Assembly: GCA_016930485.1 (NCBI GenBank)
Contig: JAFGGP010000013.1
Span: 89,157 to 153,156 of the forward strand
From: Candidatus Omnitrophota bacterium
GTDB taxonomy: Bacteria; Omnitrophota; Gorgyraeia; JAFGGP01
Reading direction: 5' to 3'
Length of the DNA stretch: 64,000 bases
Shown piece by piece: positions 58,928 through 64,000 of the stretch; positions within the stretch are counted from its first letter, which is position 1; each line of letters begins with the position of its first letter. The notes beneath the pieces were generated by a model. The model made no database searches, had not been told where the DNA came from, and saw only the letters and a list, made by a program, of their open reading frames with translations. The position numbers and the translations under genes are program-made.

Positions 58928-60088
58928 ATGGGCATGTGGATAGGTATTGGTAGAAAGGCGCGCAGGTGCTATGGGTTCGACGAAATAGCCCTTGTTCCGG
59001 GAGAACTTACTATCAATCCCAATGAGGTGGACACCTCATGGGAGATAGGCGGGCTGCGATTCAAGGTGCCGATATTAGCGGCTGCTATGGATGGCGTGGT
59101 TGATGTCAAGTTTGCCATTGAGATGGGCAAACTTGGTGGACTGGCGGTCCTCAATCTTGAAGGCATTCAGACGCGATACGAAAATCCCCGTGAGGTCCTC
59201 GAGGCAATTGCTAAGGCCTCGCCTGAAGAAGCAACAAAACTCGTCCAAGGTATCTATCTCGAGCCTATAAAGGAAAAACTTGTCTCAAAAAGGGTGTCCG
59301 AAATTAAGGCGGCGGGTGTGCCTTGTGCCGTCAGCTCAATTCCGCAGCGCGCCGAAACCTTTGGTCCGGCAGCGCAGGAAGCTGGTTGCGACATCTTTCT
59401 TGTCCAATCTACCGTTACAACCGTCAAACATCTCTCATCGGAATACAAGGCTCTTGATTTTAACGCATTCTGCAAGGAAATGAGAATACCGATTATCGTT
59501 GGTAATTGCGTCACGTATGAGGTCACCCTGGCACTCATGGAGACGGGGGCAAGCGGCATATTGATCGGCATTGGACCGGGGGCTGCCTGCACAACGCGCG
59601 GCGTCCTCGGCATCGGGGTGCCTCAGGTGACCGCAACATGTGACGCAGCAGCAGCGAGGGATTTCTGCTATAAAAAAACCGGTAGATATATCCCGATTAT
59701 CACCGACGGCGGCATGTCAAGCGGTGGCGACATCTGCAAGGCGTTCGCCTGTGGTGCCGACGCGGTTATGGTGGGCTCGGCCTTCGCCCGGAGCAAAGAA
59801 GCGCCTGGCAGGGGATTCCACTGGGGGATGGCGACACCACATGCCAATCTGCCTCGGGGAACGCGGATCCGTGTCGGCATAACCGGCTCTCTTGAACAGA
59901 TCTTATTCGGACCCGCCGACCTGGACGACGGCTCCCAGAACCTGATCGGGGCGTTACAAACTTCTATGGGAAATCTTGGTGCGCAGAATATCAGGGAAAT
60001 GCAGCTTACCCGCATCATTATAGCCCCGGAGATAAAAACAGAGGGTAAAATATTTCAACGTGCACAGAGAGTGGGGATGGGTAAATAG
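58928..60088 (+). CDS. IMP dehydrogenase family protein without CBS insert (GuaB3-like)
   Basis: GRKARRCYGFDEIALVPG N-terminus, PILAAAMDGV, GIGPGAACTTR (catalytic-loop Cys retained), ITDGGM, GSAFA. Confidence 0.72.
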   Translation: MGMWIGIGRKARRCYGFDEIALVPGELTINPNEVDTSWEIGGLRFKVPILAAAMDGVVDVKFAIEMGKLGGLAVLNLEGIQTRYENPREVLEAIAKASPEEATKLVQGIYLEPIKEKLVSKRVSEIKAAGVPCAVSSIPQRAETFGPAAQEAGCDIFLVQSTVTTVKHLSSEYKALDFNAFCKEMRIPIIVGNCVTYEVTLALMETGASGILIGIGPGAACTTRGVLGIGVPQVTATCDAAAARDFCYKKTGRYIPIITDGGMSSGGDICKAFACGADAVMVGSAFARSKEAPGRGFHWGMATPHANLPRGTRIRVGITGSLEQILFGPADLDDGSQNLIGALQTSMGNLGAQNIREMQLTRIIIAPEIKTEGKIFQRAQRVGMGK

Positions 60089-60506
60089 GGCGGCGTACGT
60101 CCTTATCATAAGCCTCCTAGCCATCCACATAACCGCTTTACCTTCTCTTCCGGATGACTCCTCTAATAAGCCGCTGTATCAACGGTATAGCCCTCTTACG
60201 CAACCGCGTGGGTACTATATACAACCGCTCAATCCCTCATCTGTTGAGGTTTCACCGAACACCTGCATTCCGTCAGAACCCCTTAACTGCATGCCCCATC
60301 CAGCACGGCCAGATCCGCCGATTGACCTAAAAGCTGTTTTCTTTATAGACACAATCCCGGGCTGTATCGTCGTGCTCTATCCCTATCAGCATGCCTATAC
60401 ACTGTCCGAGGGTGAAACAATAGGGGAATTTCTTGTGGAGCATATTGCTGAAAATTACATCAGGGTCCGTGACCACTCAGGAAAAACATATACCGTCCCC
60501 TTATGA
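60060..60506 (+). CDS. small membrane-anchored protein with Pro-rich linker and PilP/GspC-like C-terminal beta domain
   Basis: TM AYVLIISLLAIHITAL, a P-rich region, and C-terminal YTLSEGETIGEFLVEHIAENYIRVRDHSGKTYTVPL. GTG 60060 is the only start and overlaps the upstream gene by 29 nt. 4-nt overlap with the secretin. Confidence 0.4.
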   Translation: MHREWGWVNRAAYVLIISLLAIHITALPSLPDDSSNKPLYQRYSPLTQPRGYYIQPLNPSSVEVSPNTCIPSEPLNCMPHPARPDPPIDLKAVFFIDTIPGCIVVLYPYQHAYTLSEGETIGEFLVEHIAENYIRVRDHSGKTYTVPL

Positions 60507-61999
60507 CCGGTCAAAGGCTGTACGTAACCGCTACGGTGTTTCTTATTATGGCAGGAATGCCTATGGTCTTCTGCGGGGATGACTGTTTCTCGGCGCAGGC
60601 AGAAAAAGAAAGCCCGCGCCTACAGCATAAGGGCAATAAACTTTTAACGATTCGGGCAAAAGACCTTGATCTTTTCTACGCCCTCCGATTCATCGCTGAT
60701 GCAGGCAATATGAACGTCGTTGTTGGAAAAAACGTGCAGGGTACTGTCTCTTTTTTTCTGAAGGATGCGGAGCCGGAAAAAGTCCTGCACGCCATACTCG
60801 ACTCCCACAACCTGATACATGAAATCAGCGATTCCCAGGTCATTACTATTAAGACCGCCGATGCTGACTTGGTGCACTCAAAGGCAGCCGCACAACGAGC
60901 AATGCAGTCATATCTCATCACGACAGAAAATATCAAACCATCACTTATGGCAAAAACAATTTCTTATATGCGCAATGAAGGCATCCGCGCTACCGCAAAC
61001 GACGGTCTTAAGATTCTGTTTATAGAAGGGGCTGAGGAGCAGGCAAAAAAAATTATTCAAACACTTCTGGACATCGATAACGATATCAGCACGCAATCGT
61101 ATCCCCTCCAATACACGACGGTCGAGACGGCATGCGGCATATTCGCCGATTACCTCTCCGAGGGAATTGGCGAACTAAAAAAGGACGAGTTTGGGAATAT
61201 CCTCATCGTCACAGACCGATCCGCAGTCCACCGCACGCTTCGGGAGATCGTCGAGGCAATCGACATCCCGCCTCCCCAGGTATGCATTGAGGCAAAGATC
61301 GTGCAGGTGGTCTTATCCGACGAAAACCGATGGGGAATCGACTGGGAGGTTCTTTTCGATGGCCTGGAACAGGCTGAATTGCAACTGCCGTTCGAGGCCG
61401 GGAATGAGGGCGGCAGAAAAGCCTCTCTCAAAATCGCCTCCATAGACGAGACACAAAAAGTGGCAGCGGTCTTTGACTTTCTCAAAACAGCCGGAAGCGC
61501 GAATCTGCTTTCGCAACCCAGACTTACGGTGCTCAACAACAAAAAGGCAAAGATCCTGGTTGGCGAAAACAGGTCTTACATCACTACAACAACCACCGTA
61601 CCTTCCGGTGGAACATCCACCATATCTGAGCATGTCAATTTCCTAGAAGTAGGCGTCAAACTCTATGTCACCCCGACTATCAATCGTGATAACATAGTCA
61701 AAATGACTATAAAACCCGAGGTAAGTTCGGTTGCGGAAATCATTACTACCTCAAGCGGCAACAGCGTCCCTATTGTTCAAACCTCTGAGGCAGAGACTGA
61801 AATTATCGCCAAAGACAATACAACCGTCGTTATTGGGGGGCTCATAAAAGATGAGATGATTGAAACCACCAGAACCATTCCCATTCTCGGCAAAATCCCC
61901 ATTATTGGACTGTTGTGCAAAAACAAGACAAACAGCGTCAGAAAGACCGAGTTAGTCATATTTTTAACACCGAAAATCGAACGCGTAAAAAAATTGTAA
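60503..61999 (+). CDS. type II/type IV-pilus family secretin (PilQ/GspD-like)
   Basis: Signal peptide, secretin-N-like repeats, and core ANLLSQPRLTVLNNKKAKILVGE...VVIGGLIKDE...IPILGKIPIIGLL...ELVIFLTPKI. Confidence 0.85.
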   Translation: MTGQRLYVTATVFLIMAGMPMVFCGDDCFSAQAEKESPRLQHKGNKLLTIRAKDLDLFYALRFIADAGNMNVVVGKNVQGTVSFFLKDAEPEKVLHAILDSHNLIHEISDSQVITIKTADADLVHSKAAAQRAMQSYLITTENIKPSLMAKTISYMRNEGIRATANDGLKILFIEGAEEQAKKIIQTLLDIDNDISTQSYPLQYTTVETACGIFADYLSEGIGELKKDEFGNILIVTDRSAVHRTLREIVEAIDIPPPQVCIEAKIVQVVLSDENRWGIDWEVLFDGLEQAELQLPFEAGNEGGRKASLKIASIDETQKVAAVFDFLKTAGSANLLSQPRLTVLNNKKAKILVGENRSYITTTTTVPSGGTSTISEHVNFLEVGVKLYVTPTINRDNIVKMTIKPEVSSVAEIITTSSGNSVPIVQTSEAETEIIAKDNTTVVIGGLIKDEMIETTRTIPILGKIPIIGLLCKNKTNSVRKTELVIFLTPKIERVKKL

Positions 62000-62036
62000 C
62001 CCTTTCATTTAAAATAGGTTTCAGAAGCACCCACAT

Positions 62037-62065
62037 TTGCAAATAGAATGCTTTTGTGCTATACT
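62037..62065 (+). promoter_or_regulatory. candidate promoter (TTGCAA-17 nt-TATACT)
   Basis: Boxes at 62037-62042 and 62060-62065. Confidence 0.4.
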
Positions 62066-62099
62066 TTAATTAAAAGATAACACTTGCATGCACATATGG

Positions 62100-62127
62100 C
62101 CGGGTCGTCAGACCCGGTCTTTTTATT
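62100..62127 (+). terminator. intrinsic-terminator-like hairpin (CCGGGTC-GTCA-GACCCGG + TCTTTTTATTT)
   Basis: 7-bp GC-rich stem with a tetraloop and T-rich tail. Lies 100 nt after the secretin stop but downstream of the promoter above. Confidence 0.55.
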
Positions 62128-62143
62128 TACAGGCGAGGACGCC

Positions 62144-62404
62144 ATGGGAAACTACGCAGGAAAACACAGGGCATACTATCTGCGACACATGCATACTGTC
62201 GATTTCTGGCAGTTTTTAAAGGATCTAGCGGCCTTTGAGAAGGAATATCAAATCAGAAAGAAGCAGGATGAATTTCTCGACCTCTATTCGCAGTATCTGA
62301 AAGGACGGCATGAGGGTGATGTTGCGACGAAAATCAAGAAACTCGCCACCGAGTTGCACAGGCTTGACCCAGCCTTTACCTTCAAACTGCGCCAATCTCC
62401 CTAG
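62144..62404 (+). CDS. hypothetical protein (86 aa)
   Basis: MGNYAGKHRAYYLRHMH...KKLATELHRLDPAFTFKLRQSP has no recognisable motif. GAGGA lies 4 nt upstream of ATG 62144. The track start (TTG 62084) would include the hairpin. Confidence 0.4.
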   Translation: MGNYAGKHRAYYLRHMHTVDFWQFLKDLAAFEKEYQIRKKQDEFLDLYSQYLKGRHEGDVATKIKKLATELHRLDPAFTFKLRQSP

Positions 62405-62441
62405 TCTGTTTAGTCTCTCTTAACCACTCTATTTGTATCTC

Positions 62442-62469
62442 TTGACATATTTTTTGTTATGACTATAAT
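62442..62469 (+). promoter_or_regulatory. candidate rpsU promoter (TTGACA-16 nt-TATAAT)
   Basis: Consensus boxes at 62442-62447 and 62464-62469. Confidence 0.5.
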
Positions 62470-62504
62470 AGGGAATACATTTTACAGGAAAGGGGTTGAA
62501 ATCT

Positions 62505-62696
62505 ATGACTACGGTTCATGTGAATCAAAATGAACCACTCGAAAAGGCGTTGCGGCGATTTAAGAAAAAGATTGAGCGAGAAGGATTGCTTCGTCAGTTA
62601 AAAGAGAGAAAGCATTACGAAAAACCCAGCGAAAAGAAAAGACGCAAGCAACGGGCATCGCAATCAAAACGTCGGGTTAAATACGGAAAAAGCTAG
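62505..62696 (+). CDS. rpsU: 30S ribosomal protein S21
   Basis: VHVNQNEPLEKALRRFKKKIEREGLLRQLKERKHYEKPSEKKRRK. 63 aa. Confidence 0.93.
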   Translation: MTTVHVNQNEPLEKALRRFKKKIEREGLLRQLKERKHYEKPSEKKRRKQRASQSKRRVKYGKS

Positions 62697-62699
62697 TTG

Positions 62700-64000
62700 A
62701 TGATAAAGCGGCTTACACTTTCTGCACTGTTCTGCGCAGCCTTTCTTGCGGTCCTGCCACTCCACATAGTTTTTTCGGCCGAGCAACAACAGAATATCCT
62801 GAAAGACGGACTGACAAGAAAAACTGTCCTGGATAACGGTCTTACCGTAATCCTGAGGTACCGGCCTAACTCTGAGCTAGTTGCCTGTCAGTACTGGGTA
62901 AAAACAGGGAGCGCCTACGAAGGGTCTTATCTGGGAAGTGGAATTTCCCACTTTATCGAGCACATGATCTTCAAGGGCTCCGAGGATCACAGTACCTACA
63001 AGGTTGCCGAGGCAATTGAGCAACTCGGCGGACACATCAATGCCTTTACCAGTCAAGAAGCAACTAATTTTTATGTCAAAATCCCCCACGAACATCTTGA
63101 AAAAGGTCTCTCTTTTTTAGCCGATGCCCTCCAATCAGCCGGTTTTCCCGAAGGGGAAATAATAAAAGAACGGGAGGTCATCTTGCGGGAGATGAATATG
63201 ACCAGAGACGACCCATCCCGGGAGCTCTCCCGCCTTCTCTGGCAGACAGCCTTCTTACACCATTCGTACCGCTATCCGATCATCGGTGACCCTGCATTGT
63301 TAAAAAAAATTACAAGGCAGGATTTACTGACATACTATCATTCCCGCTATGCACCCAATAACAGCGTCCTCGTCATAGTAGGGGAGATTAACTTCGACTC
63401 CGTGCTTCCTGCCGTCCAAAAAACATTCGGGCAGTTTGCCATGAACTATGCAAACGACATACCCCTTTCGCCCGAGCCAACCCAGCTTATGCCGCGTTCT
63501 TATGAGAAGACTTTTGACGGCACCACCACTCATGCGGCCTTCGCATTTCATTCGGTTGCCCTGAATCATCAGGATCTGTTCGCCTTGGATGTGCTTGCCA
63601 CAGTTCTCGGCAGCGGGAATGAATCCCGTCTCTACAAGCGGCTAGTCAAAAAAGAACAGCTGGCCTATGACGTTGATTGCTGGAACCACACACCGAGGGA
63701 TAAGGGACTTTTTGGTATTACGTTTGTGTGTGAACCGGAAAACTATAAGCGCGTCTCCGAAATCATCTGGGATGAAATCGCTGCAATTCAAAAAGAAGAA
63801 CTAAGCAGCAAAGAAATCGAAAAGGCACAGAATCAGATTCTGGCACGTTTTCTGTACGGAAAGGAATCCCCGGAAGGGCAGGCAGAAGACTGTGCCTACG
63901 GAGAGATTTTGAGCGGAACGCCGCTTTTTTCGACGTATTACATAGACGGTATATCCCGGATTTCGGCGCGAGAGGTTAAGGCTATCGCCTCAACATATCT
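62700..64000 (+). CDS. secreted M16 family zinc peptidase (3' end beyond window; absent from ORF track because no stop is reached)
   Basis: My translation from ATG 62700 is MIKRLTLSALFCAAFLAVLPLHIVFSAEQQ (signal peptide) ... SHFIEHMIFKGS (HxxEH) ... REVILREMNM. As far as I translated it by eye, the frame stays open to the window edge. Confidence 0.85.
   Translation, partial: MIKRLTLSALFCAAFLAVLPLHIVFSAEQQQNILKDGLTRKTVLDNGLTVILRYRPNSELVACQYWVKTGSAYEGSYLGSGISHFIEHMIFKGSEDHSTYKVAEAIEQLGGHINAFTSQEATNFYVKIPHEHLEKGLSFLADALQSAGFPEGEIIKEREVILREMNMTRDDPSRELSRLLWQTAFLHHSYRYPIIGDPALLKKITRQDLLTYYHSRYAPNNSVLVIVGEINFDSVLPAVQKTFGQFAMNYANDIPLSPEPTQLMPRSYEKTFDGTTTHAAFAFHSVALNHQDLFALDVLATVLGSGNESRLYKRLVKKEQLAYDVDCWNHTPRDKGLFGITFVCEPENYKRVSEIIWDEIAAIQKEELSSKEIEKAQNQILARFLYGKESPEGQAEDCAYGEILSGTPLFSTYYIDGISRISAREVKAIASTY

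Noticed and set aside
58921-58953. ATG at 58921, 2 nt after the AAGGAGG SD upstream of the GuaB3-like gene
   Set aside because: That frame terminates after 10 codons. ATG 58928, with a 9-nt spacing, opens the 386-aa IMPDH-family frame.

Overview
This is a very compact bacterial window. By my coordinates it is roughly 95% coding, and all 62 protein genes plus one tRNA lie on the + strand. I found no integrase, transposase, CRISPR array or rRNA. Two secretins, lipoboxes and CIRCE/GroESL point to a diderm bacterium. I cannot assign the lineage from sequence alone.

The core content, left to right:
- The 3' part of alaS runs straight into a fused his-trp gene string (hisD-B-H-A-F-I, trpE-G-C-F). 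Two unrelated genes, a QueG-like Fe-S protein and a DUF4416 protein, are coupled to its end.
- trpB-trpA follow after an accessory block.
- Next come manC-like, ruvX, an M16 peptidase, a CBS-containing site-2 protease, rpe, a PGM/PMM, lepA, lepB, a lipoprotein, pgsA, der, plsY, gpsA and tRNA-Pro(GGG).
- An aspartate-family cluster follows: hom, thrC, an M48 peptidase, a PGM-like probable homoserine kinase, lysC and cimA.
- The window ends with valS, nadC, uvrB, birA, coaX, groES-groEL, rpsU and a second M16 peptidase that runs off the right edge.

The accessory content:
1. A 10-gene Tad/Flp pilus locus (10.6-21.4 kb) sits between trpF and trpBA. It includes a 58-aa Flp pilin gene absent from the ORF track, a TadE-like pseudopilin fused through poly-Asp linkers to three PKD domains, a CpaB with a duplicated C-terminal domain, and a TadG-like pseudopilin carrying a VWA/MIDAS domain.
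2. An orphan 127-aa protein and a PilT-family ATPase with an MshEN-like N-terminal extension are inserted between plsY and gpsA.
3. A MoxR-DUF58-DUF4129 membrane operon.
4. A GuaB3-like IMPDH-family gene is operonic with a PilP/GspC-like protein and a second secretin.

Other points worth noting are a der gene with no canonical start codon, two overlapping CIRCE operators, and near-consensus sigma70-type promoters in almost every intergenic gap of about 90 bp or more. All functional calls come from motif recognition by eye. No database search was run.
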